17,580 bases of DNA from Thermotogota bacterium. GTDB lineage: Bacteria > Bipolaricaulota > Bipolaricaulia > UBA7950 > UBA9294. The DNA is taken from NCBI GenBank assembly GCA_039679545.1, contig JBDKUT010000007.1, positions 1 to 17,580 on the forward strand, written 5' to 3'. The translations under genes were made by a program, and so were the position numbers. Of this stretch, positions 8,885 through 16,371 are shown in pieces. The number at the start of each line of letters is the position of its first letter. The stretch's first letter is position 1. The notes beneath the pieces were generated by a model. It was not told the origin of the DNA, did not search any database, and worked only from the letters and a program-made list of their open reading frames with translations.

Positions 8885-10464
8885 GTCCCCCCGTCTCCGT
8901 CTCCCTTGGTCTCACTCGGGATCTCGCCCGACGTGTCGGCGGCCGGGGCGAGCTGCGCGGTCTTCTTCATCTGGCGATTGACGATCTCCTGCTGGACCAC
9001 CTGGACCGCCGTGGTCAACAGGTAGTAGAGCCAGAGGCCTGCCGGGAACTTCCAGAGCATGATCGCCATGACGACCGGGAAGATGTAGCCCATCCACTTC
9101 GCGCCCGGCGAACTCTCCACCGCCCCCTTCGGCGTCATCATCCACTGCTGCACGAGCATGACGGCCGTCGTGAGGATCACGAGAACGAAGTACGGATCGT
9201 GCAGCGAGAGGTCGGGCACCCAGAGGAATCCTGGAGACAAGTGGATCTGCTCGCCCGCGAGAAGGATCGCGCGCCAGATTAGCCAGATGATCGGGAGCTG
9301 GATGGCCATCGGCAGGCATCCGGAGAGCGGGTTGATCTTCTCCTTGCGATAGAGCTCCATCAACCGCTCCTGTTGCGCCTGCTTATCGTCCTTGTACCGC
9401 TCCTGGATCTGCTTCATCTTCGGGCCGAGCTCCTGCATCTTGGCCATGGAGCGGATCTGCTTCTGCATCAGCGGGTAGAGGAGGATGCGCACCAGGACCG
9501 TGAACAGGATGATGGCCCACCCGTAGTTTCCCGTCGCGCGGTACAGGATGTCGACGAACTGGATCACGGGGATCATCATCCGCGCGCCGACGCCGGGCTG
9601 GTCGAGCTTCTCGAGCCCGGCCTCCTTCATCAAGAGGAATCGGCGGCGTCCGCCGTAGAGCGAGCCGTCGAACTTCGTCGTTCCGCCCCCGGCTGACAGC
9701 GTCACCCCGAACTGCGCTGAGCCGGACGGCGTTCGAACGAGGAACGGGGCCGTCGCCTGCTTCGCCTTGGGAGAGAGGAAGAAGACGACGTTCTTGTTCA
9801 TCAGCCCGACCCCGTCGAACGAGGCGTACGAGCCCTTGGCGAGCTCAAGTTGGCCCGGCTCGCCGTCGAACAGGTAGTAGACCTCGAGTGGGTCCTTGTC
9901 TTTGGTCTTCAGGATGTAGTTCGCGACGGTCAGCTGGAGGTCGACGGGGCGGCCGGTCCCGTTCTCGACGATGAGGGAGAAGTCGATCGTGTACAACGCC
10001 TTGGGGCTGATCGTGTAGACCTTCCGCACCGTCATTCCGGCGAGCTTGCCTTGGAACTCCGCGCGGAAGACGCCGGTCTCGGCGTCGATCGAAGGACCGA
10101 CGAGCTGGTAGAGCCCTTCGGCAACGTCTCCCGTGGCCGTGGAAAGCGTGAACGGGAAGACCGCATCGGCGACGTACTGCCGGTTCAAGGTCTTGATGTT
10201 CGTCGTGGCACCCGGGACCAACTCCGCCGGGTTGGAGCCGTACGGCACGAAGTTGAGGAGGGCGGACTTCATCACGCCACCCTGCTCCGACAGGATGTAG
10301 TCCCCGAGCGGCGTCTTGACTTCAACGTCGCGGTAGCCCGGTTGGTCGGGCACCTCGCGGTGCAGGACCTCGTAGGTGATTTCGGGCTTCGCCGCCCAAA
10401 CGGCGGAGGATGAAAGAAGCGTCAGAAGCACAATGAGTCCCGTGACGACGAAGCGGTTGCGCAC
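8872..10464 (-). CDS. yidC: Membrane protein insertase YidC
   Basis: GNYGWAIILFTVLVRILLYPL, ELYRKEKINPLSGCLPMAIQLPI, FLWVPDLSLHDPYFVL, FPAGLWLYY. GTG start at 10464 has SD AGGAGGT, so it is preferred over the track's 10563. N-terminal signal/TM segment followed by a large extracytoplasmic domain. Confidence 0.95.
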   Translation of the reverse strand: MRNRFVVTGLIVLLTLLSSSAVWAAKPEITYEVLHREVPDQPGYRDVEVKTPLGDYILSEQGGVMKSALLNFVPYGSNPAELVPGATTNIKTLNRQYVADAVFPFTLSTATGDVAEGLYQLVGPSIDAETGVFRAEFQGKLAGMTVRKVYTISPKALYTIDFSLIVENGTGRPVDLQLTVANYILKTKDKDPLEVYYLFDGEPGQLELAKGSYASFDGVGLMNKNVVFFLSPKAKQATAPFLVRTPSGSAQFGVTLSAGGGTTKFDGSLYGGRRRFLLMKEAGLEKLDQPGVGARMMIPVIQFVDILYRATGNYGWAIILFTVLVRILLYPLMQKQIRSMAKMQELGPKMKQIQERYKDDKQAQQERLMELYRKEKINPLSGCLPMAIQLPIIWLIWRAILLAGEQIHLSPGFLWVPDLSLHDPYFVLVILTTAVMLVQQWMMTPKGAVESSPGAKWMGYIFPVVMAIMLWKFPAGLWLYYLLTTAVQVVQQEIVNRQMKKTAQLAPAADTSGEIPSETKGDGDGGTWTN

Positions 10465-10515
10465 AATGACCTCCTGAGGATAGGGTATCCGGGCTCCGAA
10501 GGCCGCGCAACTCCG

Positions 10516-10544
10516 TTGAACAGGGCATTCGGATGCACTACACT
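10516..10544 (+). promoter_or_regulatory. Putative sigma70 promoter of the rib-hisS operon
   Basis: TTGAAC-N17-TACACT, ending 11 nt before the riboflavin synthase ATG. Confidence 0.55.
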
Positions 10545-10555
10545 CGATCCCGCCC

Positions 10556-11146
10556 ATGTTCACGGGGATTGTGCAAGCGATCGGAGAGGTTCTCCGAGCG
10601 AGTCCGGGTTCCCTCGAAGTGAGTCTTCCCGCCCCGCTCGCCGGTTCACTCGCCGTTGGCGGAAGCGTCGCTGTGAACGGTGTCTGCCTGACCGCACGGT
10701 CGGTCGGGGCGGATTCCTTCGCGGCGGACGTGTCGTCGGAGACCGCGGCGCGGACGACGCTCGGCGCGTTGCGAGCCGGAGCGACGGTGAACCTTGAGCC
10801 CGCGGTCGGACCGGGCCGCGCCCTCGACGGCCACTGGGTCCTCGGGCACGTCGACGCGGTGGGGAAGATCGGCGGCCTCTACCGCGAGAAGGAGGGATGG
10901 AGTCTTATCGTCTCCTTCCCGCCGAAGTTCGCGAAGTATGTGGCCGACAAAGGATCGATCGCCGTCGACGGCGTCAGCCTGACCCCGTTCGCCGTGACGG
11001 GCGACTCGTTCCGGTGCGCGCTGATCCCGGAGACGTACGAAGCGACGATCTTCCACGAGCGGCGCCCGGGGGATCCGGTGAACCTGGAGTTCGATGTGCT
11101 CGCAAAGTATGTGGAGAGGATGATCGGGCATGTTCCTAGCCATTGA
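10556..11146 (+). CDS. ribE: Riboflavin synthase (alpha chain; called ribE or ribC depending on nomenclature)
   Basis: MFTGIV N-terminus, [49 protein letters not shown]. Confidence 0.96.
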   Translation: MFTGIVQAIGEVLRASPGSLEVSLPAPLAGSLAVGGSVAVNGVCLTARSVGADSFAADVSSETAARTTLGALRAGATVNLEPAVGPGRALDGHWVLGHVDAVGKIGGLYREKEGWSLIVSFPPKFAKYVADKGSIAVDGVSLTPFAVTGDSFRCALIPETYEATIFHERRPGDPVNLEFDVLAKYVERMIGHVPSH

Positions 11147-12329
11147 GGAAGCGATTCGCCGCTACCGGGCGGGCGAGATCCTCGTCCTGGTCGACGACGA
11201 GAACCGTGAGAACGAGGGCGACCTCGTGATGGCCGCCGAACACGCGACGCCGGAGGCCGTCAACTTCATGGCGACCTACGGCCGCGGTCTGGTCTGCGTC
11301 CCGATCACCGAGGAGCGCGCCCACGGCCTTGGGCTCTCGGCGATGTGCCCGGACAACACGGCCCTTCACGGGACCTCGTTCACCGTGTCGGTCGACGCGC
11401 GGCACGGGATTTCCACCGGCATCTCAGCCTTCGACCGCGCCGAGACGATCCGTCTCCTCGTCGACGAGGAGACGTGCCCCGACGACCTCGCGCGCCCCGG
11501 CCACATCTTCCCGCTCGTCGCGCGAAGCGGCGGCGTGCTGCGGCGCGCCGGCCATACCGAGGCGACCGTCGACCTGGCACGGCTCGCCGGGCTCAAGCCG
11601 GCGGCGGTCTTGTGCGAGATCCTGAACGACGACGGCACGATGGCCCGCCTACCGCAGCTCGAGGTGTTCGCCGAGAAGCACAAGCTCGGCCTCGTCAACA
11701 TCGCCGACCTCATCGCGTACCGGAAGCGCACGGAACGCCTGATCCAGCGGGCCGCGGTCGCCGAGCTCCCCACCCGCTTCGGCAACTTCGTCATTCACAG
11801 CTACACGAGCCCGATCGAGGAAGACGAGCACGTCGCCCTCGTCATGGGCGACGTTGCGGGGAAGAAGAACGTCCTCGTGCGCGTCCACTCCGAGTGCCTC
11901 ACGGGCGACGTCTTCGGGTCGTACCGCTGCGACTGCGGCACACAGCTCCAGCGTGCACTCGAACGGATCGGCGAGGAGGGGCTTGGCGTCCTCGTCTACA
12001 TGCGCCAAGAAGGCCGCGGGATCGGCCTCTTGAACAAGGTCTGCGCGTACCAGCTCCAGGACCAGGGGCTCGACACCGTGGAGGCGAACGAGCGGCTCGG
12101 CTTCGACGCCGACCTGCGCGACTACGGGCTCGGAGCCCAGATCCTCTGCGACCTCGGCCTCACCTCGATCCGTCTCATGACCAACAACCCGAAGAAGGTC
12201 ATCGGACTCTCCGGTTACGGCCTCGACATCGTCGAGCAGGTGCCGATCGAGACGGCGCCCAACGACTACAATCGCAAGTACCTTCGGACGAAGAAAGAGA
12301 AGATGGGGCACAAGCTGGACAAGGTGTAG
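11130..12329 (+). CDS. ribBA: Bifunctional DHBP synthase / GTP cyclohydrolase II
   Basis: [63 protein letters not shown]. Confidence 0.97.
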   Translation: MFLAIEEAIRRYRAGEILVLVDDENRENEGDLVMAAEHATPEAVNFMATYGRGLVCVPITEERAHGLGLSAMCPDNTALHGTSFTVSVDARHGISTGISAFDRAETIRLLVDEETCPDDLARPGHIFPLVARSGGVLRRAGHTEATVDLARLAGLKPAAVLCEILNDDGTMARLPQLEVFAEKHKLGLVNIADLIAYRKRTERLIQRAAVAELPTRFGNFVIHSYTSPIEEDEHVALVMGDVAGKKNVLVRVHSECLTGDVFGSYRCDCGTQLQRALERIGEEGLGVLVYMRQEGRGIGLLNKVCAYQLQDQGLDTVEANERLGFDADLRDYGLGAQILCDLGLTSIRLMTNNPKKVIGLSGYGLDIVEQVPIETAPNDYNRKYLRTKKEKMGHKLDKV

Positions 12330-12373
12330 GGCCGCGGGTCGGACGAAGCCGACGGCGGCCAGAGGAGGACATC

Positions 12374-12841
12374 GTGGGAAAGACCTTCGCAGGGAAGCTT
12401 GATGGGAAGGGGCTTCGCATCGGAATCGTCGTCTCTCGGTTCAACGACCTGATCACCGGACGGCTCCTCGAAGGCGCCGTCGACCGGCTGCGCCGCTCGA
12501 ACGTCGCCGAGGCGGCGATCGATGTCTGCTGGGTGCCCGGCGCGTTCGAGGTTCCGCGAGCGGTGAAGGACATGGCGGCCACGGGCCGCTACGACGGCGT
12601 CGTCGCGATCGCCGCCGTCATCCGCGGCGCCACGCCGCACTTCGAGTACGTGGCGAACGAGATCACGAAGGGCGTCGCCCGCATCAGCCTCGACGCCGAC
12701 ATCCCCGTCACGTTCGGCGTCATCACCGCCGACACCGTCGATCAGGCCATCGAGCGGGCGGGAACCAAGGCCGGGAACAAGGGCGTCCAGGCTGCCGAGA
12801 GCTTGATCGAGATGATCAACGTTCTGCGCGAGCTGAAATGA
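12374..12841 (+). CDS. ribH: 6,7-dimethyl-8-ribityllumazine synthase
   Basis: True gene is the 3' part of track ORF 11345..12841, with a GTG start at 12374 after SD GAGGAGG. Motifs IVVSRFN, WVPGAFEVP, IRGATPHFEYV, QAIERAGTKAGNKG. Confidence 0.96.
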   Translation: MGKTFAGKLDGKGLRIGIVVSRFNDLITGRLLEGAVDRLRRSNVAEAAIDVCWVPGAFEVPRAVKDMAATGRYDGVVAIAAVIRGATPHFEYVANEITKGVARISLDADIPVTFGVITADTVDQAIERAGTKAGNKGVQAAESLIEMINVLRELK

Positions 12842-14145
12842 CCTACGACCTGGTCCGAGGGATGTACGACATCCTCCCCGACGAAATGCCGTGGTGGCAG
12901 CTTGCCGAGGACGCGGTGCGCGAGATGGCGCGGCGCTACAACTACCGCGAGATCCGCGTTCCGCTCGTCGAGCACACCGAACTCTTCACCCGCGGCGTCG
13001 GCGAAGCGACCGACATCGTCACGAAGGAGATGTACACCTTCCAGGACCGCGGCGAGCGCTCCCTCACCCTTCGCCCGGAAGGCACCGCGTCCGTCGCCCG
13101 CGCCTACCTCACGCACGGGTGGCAGACAAGTGAGCCGTTCCAGAAGCTCTTCTACCTCGGACCCATGTTCCGCTACGAGAAGCCCCAGAAGGGGCGAAAC
13201 CGCCAATTCCACCAGTACGGGATCGAGGTCTTGGGCACCCTCGACCCGAGCGTCGACGCCGAGGTCATCGCCTTCGCCTGGTCGCTCATGGAGGTCCTCG
13301 GCCTCGGCGGCCTGCGGCTGCGCCTGAACTCGATCGGCTGCGCCGCCGATCGCGAGCAGTATCGCGAGATCCTGCGGAAGCACTTCGCCCCGTCAATCGA
13401 TCGGATGTGCGGCGACTGCCGCCGTCGGCTCGACGAGAACCCGCTTCGGATCCTTGACTGCAAAGAAGAACGCTGCCAGCCGTTCATCGAGGAGGCGCCG
13501 GGGAGCGCCGACCACTTGTGCCCTGAGTGCGCCGAGCATTTCGCCGCCGTGCGCGGCTGGCTTGACCGGCTCGAGCTTGCCTACGACATCGACCCGCGAC
13601 TCGTCCGCGGCCTCGACTACTACACCCGCACGGTGTTCGAGCTCATGTCGTCCGACCTCGGCTCGCAGGACACCCTCATCGGTGGCGGCCGCTACGACGG
13701 TCTGATCGAGATGCTGGGCGGGCCGCCGACCCCGGGGATCGGCTTCGCCGGCGGCCTCGAGCGTCTCGTGCTCGTGCTCCAGCAGCGCCAGCCCGACGCG
13801 ATCGAAGCCGAACGCCTCGATCTCTTCCTTGCGACTCTAGGCGACGAGGGACGTCGCACTGGCCTGAAGCTTGCGACCGACCTCAGAAGTTTCGGCATCT
13901 CCGTCGACGTCGACCACCGCGCCCGCGGCCTGCGCAAGCAGATGACCCAGGCCAACCAACTCCGCGCTCGCAACCTCCTCGTCCTCGGCGAAGACGAGGC
14001 CCGCGCCGGGAAGGGCAAGTTGAAAGACATGGATTCCGGCGAGGAGCGTGAAGTCTCGCTCGACCCCGAGAGCCTAGCGGAACTCCTCTATCCTGAGTGC
14101 GGCTGCGACCACGAGGGCGGCGGCAGCTGCGGGTGCAGTTCCTAG
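12838..14145 (+). CDS. hisS: Histidyl-tRNA synthetase
   Basis: RGMYDILP, KEMYTF, LRPEGTA, GPMFRYEKPQKGRNRQFHQ, LVRGLDYYTRTVFE, GGGRYDGL, GFAGGLERL. ATGA overlap with ribH. Confidence 0.97.
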   Translation: MTYDLVRGMYDILPDEMPWWQLAEDAVREMARRYNYREIRVPLVEHTELFTRGVGEATDIVTKEMYTFQDRGERSLTLRPEGTASVARAYLTHGWQTSEPFQKLFYLGPMFRYEKPQKGRNRQFHQYGIEVLGTLDPSVDAEVIAFAWSLMEVLGLGGLRLRLNSIGCAADREQYREILRKHFAPSIDRMCGDCRRRLDENPLRILDCKEERCQPFIEEAPGSADHLCPECAEHFAAVRGWLDRLELAYDIDPRLVRGLDYYTRTVFELMSSDLGSQDTLIGGGRYDGLIEMLGGPPTPGIGFAGGLERLVLVLQQRQPDAIEAERLDLFLATLGDEGRRTGLKLATDLRSFGISVDVDHRARGLRKQMTQANQLRARNLLVLGEDEARAGKGKLKDMDSGEEREVSLDPESLAELLYPECGCDHEGGGSCGCSS

Positions 14146-14154
14146 GAGGGTAGC

Positions 14155-14637
14155 ATGGACCTAAAGCTCGTAGAGATCGAGAACCCCGACAGCCTGAACC
14201 TGATCCTCGGCCAGTCGCACTTCATCAAGACCGTCGAGGACGTCCACGAAGCCCTCGTCGGCGCCGTGCCTGGGATTCAGTTCGGGCTCGCGTTCTGTGA
14301 AGCCTCCGGCGACTGCCTCGTCCGCCACTCCGGCACCGAGCCCAAGCTCGAACAGCTCGCGATCAAGAACGCACAGACCATCGGCGCCGGTCACTCGTTC
14401 ATCGTATTCCTCGGCAACGCCTTCCCGATCAACGTCCTCCAAGCCATCCAGCGCGTCCCCGAGGTCTGCCAGATCTTCTGTGCTACTTCGAACGCCGTCC
14501 AGGTCATCGTCACCGAGACCGAGCAAGGCCGCGGCATCCTTGGCGTCATCGACGGATCGACTCCCAAGGGCATCGAGGACGACAAGGGCATCGCCTGGCG
14601 CAAAGGCTTCCTGCGGAAGATTGGGTACAAGGGGTAA
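14155..14637 (+). CDS. Adenosine-specific kinase family protein (DUF355-like)
   Basis: [78 protein letters not shown]. Confidence 0.88.
   Translation: MDLKLVEIENPDSLNLILGQSHFIKTVEDVHEALVGAVPGIQFGLAFCEASGDCLVRHSGTEPKLEQLAIKNAQTIGAGHSFIVFLGNAFPINVLQAIQRVPEVCQIFCATSNAVQVIVTETEQGRGILGVIDGSTPKGIEDDKGIAWRKGFLRKIGYKG
14458..14637 (+). repeat. Left copy of a 180-bp direct repeat (3' end of the kinase-family gene)
   Basis: Aligns without gaps to 16503-16682. 156/180 identical by hand count. Confidence 0.95.
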
Positions 14638-14645
14638 TGTGAGCA

Positions 14646-14696
14646 GGCCGCAAGTGACACAGCTCGTCAGGCAGCGGGACTTGCGGCCAGGCTTTT
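14646..14696 (+). terminator. Hairpin downstream of the rib-hisS-kinase operon
   Basis: GGCCGCAAGT-N23-ACTTGCGGCC, a perfect 10-bp stem, followed by AGGCTTTT. Confidence 0.45.
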
Positions 14697-14723
14697 GTCT
14701 GCAACTCCCCGATGATGTAATAT
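14695..14723 (+). promoter_or_regulatory. Putative promoter for small ORF A
   Basis: TTGTCT-N17-TAATAT, overlapping an extended -10-like TGATGTAAT. Confidence 0.5.
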
Positions 14724-14768
14724 CGCGCGGATCGATTCGTTGCGTAGCGACTTGAGAGGTGGCTAGCG

Positions 14769-14885
14769 ATGACGAACGCTCTATTGAGGAAGCAACCATG
14801 CGACCGGGCAAGGTCAGAAGCCGCGCAGGCTGTATTAACAAGGATTGCTGGCCCGAGAGATGGTGATGGCCCTGGGCATCCGTAG
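14769..14885 (+). CDS. Small peptide A, 38 aa: MTNALLRKQPCDRARSEAAQAVLTRIAGPRDGDGPGHP
   Basis: SD GAGGTG 7 nt before the ATG, an upstream promoter, a downstream hairpin, and similarity to peptide C. Below the ORF track's length cutoff. Confidence 0.65.
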   Translation: MTNALLRKQPCDRARSEAAQAVLTRIAGPRDGDGPGHP

Positions 14886-14892
14886 AGTCGCC

Positions 14893-14925
14893 TAGGGAAA
14901 GGCCTTCATGCGGGCCTCTCTCCTA
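14893..14925. terminator. Hairpin between convergent peptide A and the 304-aa gene
   Basis: TAGGGAAAGGCC-N8-GGCCTCTCTCCTA, a stem with one bulge and one mismatch. Confidence 0.5.
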
Positions 14926-14936
14926 TCGGCGGTCGC

Positions 14937-15851
14937 TTACCACTGTGGCGCGACTCGCCGCCGCACGGTGTCAGCCAACCTACTTGCGGACAAGAAGAGG
15001 AGCAGGTTCACCCTTCGCCAACGACTTCGAATAGGCAGGCACCTGACTCGGTAGGAGTATGTGCCTTCCGCAGGCCCGAGGATGGTCCAGCAGACACCTC
15101 GCAAGCCCTGGCCGAGGTCCTCGATCTCTACCGTTCCTTGGCGTCTGTGGATAGGTCCCCGCCTCATCTCAAGCCTCTCTGCTGGAACACCTCGCGGCGG
15201 AATGAGGACAATCCTTAGTTCGTCCGCCAGGTCTCGTAGGTGGTAAGAGCAGCTCTTGTCGAGCCCTCGAGCCCGCAAGTCGCTCCAGAGCCCTCGAACC
15301 TTTGCCGAGACTAAGACGCTTCTCTTCTCGGACTCGCGAATGGATGGTAGGAACCAGGCACAGACTTTGATCCTGCCATTGGCCAAGGCGTCTTCGATAG
15401 GCAAGAGAAGGACCTCTGTACCGCTGTCGGATGAGGCAGTTAGCCCCAATTCATCGAAGGAGAGCGGTTTGGGACCGTGTACCCCAGTAGCGCCGAAGTC
15501 CAGTTCCTTGCCCAGGATCGGCTTTTCGCCGACTGCGACGGAAAAATCGTAGTGTCGCTCCTGCCAGTCGCTTCGTGCCGTTAGCCCAATGTGGTAGATG
15601 ACCGAGATTCGTCGCGCGTGGACCCTCGGGGGAATGAACTCCTCAATTGCTGTCCGGAAGTCCTCAATCAGCTCGTTTTGGCGCTCGCGGCAACGAACGA
15701 GTAGCCGGTGCTTACGCCACAGGTGCAACAGGGCGATGCCGAGTATTGCCGCCAGGCCTACGGTGACTCCACCCAGCGGATCTCCTCCAACAAGGTATAC
15801 GATCACCCCGGGGACAAAGGCTAACGCCCACTCGACCAACGAACGTACCAT
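14937..15851 (-). CDS. Hypothetical membrane-anchored protein D (two N-terminal TM segments plus a beta-rich soluble domain)
   Basis: 304-aa ORF in less GC-rich DNA. Hydrophobic segments WALAFVPGVIVYLVGG and GVTVGLAAILGIALLHLW, then basic RKHR, a helical linker and alternating beta-strand patterns. No family recognised. No clear SD. Confidence 0.8.
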   Translation of the reverse strand: MVRSLVEWALAFVPGVIVYLVGGDPLGGVTVGLAAILGIALLHLWRKHRLLVRCRERQNELIEDFRTAIEEFIPPRVHARRISVIYHIGLTARSDWQERHYDFSVAVGEKPILGKELDFGATGVHGPKPLSFDELGLTASSDSGTEVLLLPIEDALANGRIKVCAWFLPSIRESEKRSVLVSAKVRGLWSDLRARGLDKSCSYHLRDLADELRIVLIPPRGVPAERLEMRRGPIHRRQGTVEIEDLGQGLRGVCWTILGPAEGTYSYRVRCLPIRSRWRRVNLLLFLSASRLADTVRRRVAPQW

Positions 15852-15884
15852 AGAAGGCCCGCGCGTGATGTACCGCGCTTCGCA

Positions 15885-15992
15885 CTAGGCTCGTGTCGGC
15901 CCGTCACCGTCTTCCGGCCCCATCTTCTGCACTGACTTCCCCTCGCGGCGGGTAGTCGCGGCACACCTCACTGGTTGCCTGATCAGTGACAT
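15885..15992 (-). CDS. Small peptide C, 35 aa: MSLIRQPVRCAATTRREGKSVQKMGPEDGDGPTRA
   Basis: ATG overlaps the peptide B stop (TGATG), with GGTGG just upstream. Similar to peptide A. Corresponds to the 3' part of track ORF 15885..16157. Confidence 0.6.
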   Translation of the reverse strand: MSLIRQPVRCAATTRREGKSVQKMGPEDGDGPTRA

Positions 15993-16147
15993 CAGATACC
16001 ACCGTCCCGTGGCCCGTCGCCGAGGAGCAAACACCTGACCTCGAAGCCGGCGTGCGGACCACCCCGCACGGCTCCGCCGACCGCTGAAATCCCGAGGCTT
16101 CCGATAACTAGACAGCAGATCACGAACACACAAACCCGATCCCGCAT
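15992..16147 (-). CDS. Small putatively exported peptide B, 51 aa: MRDRVCVFVICCLVIGSLGISAVGGAVRGGPHAGFEVRCLLLGDGPRDGGI
   Basis: GGAGGG about 10 nt upstream. Charged n-region plus hydrophobic h-region like a signal peptide. C-terminal GDGPRDGG. Corresponds to the 3' part of track ORF 15992..16201. Confidence 0.65.
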   Translation of the reverse strand: MRDRVCVFVICCLVIGSLGISAVGGAVRGGPHAGFEVRCLLLGDGPRDGGI

Positions 16148-16343
16148 CTCCGGCCATCCCTCCGCCTGCTTCTTGTCAACTGACACTTCTCTCCGACCCA
16201 CGACTGCACGGAAAAGGCAGGGACCCGCCTTGGAGATCGTGGTTCCTAAGCACGATGCTCCCGCGGTTCCCAGGGTGTCTAGTAGAAGGTCAGGATGACA
16301 GTCCGCAACTCAGACAGATGATGTGCGGTCTCCATGACTTACC

Positions 16344-16371
16344 ACTATACATGTATGTGGTTCGAAGTCAA
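16344..16371 (-). promoter_or_regulatory. Near-consensus sigma70 promoter facing B-C-D, embedded in an inverted repeat
   Basis: Minus strand TTGACT (16371-16366), 16-nt spacer, TATAGT (16349-16344). Inverted repeat spans 16335-16370. Confidence 0.65.

Noticed and set aside
11345..12373. 5' extension of the 498-aa track ORF as a RibH fusion
   Set aside because: It overlaps ribBA in another frame and is Arg/Pro-rich noise. RibH has its own SD and GTG at 12374.
14798..14866. Alternative 22-aa ORF MRPGKVRSRAGCINKDCWPERW with GAGGA upstream
   Set aside because: It overlaps peptide A, which has the better SD and shares a motif with B and C. Not formally excluded.
16174..16179. Perfect TTGACA on the minus strand as a promoter for B
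   Set aside because: No -10 at a 16-18 nt spacing. Kept only as part of a palindrome.
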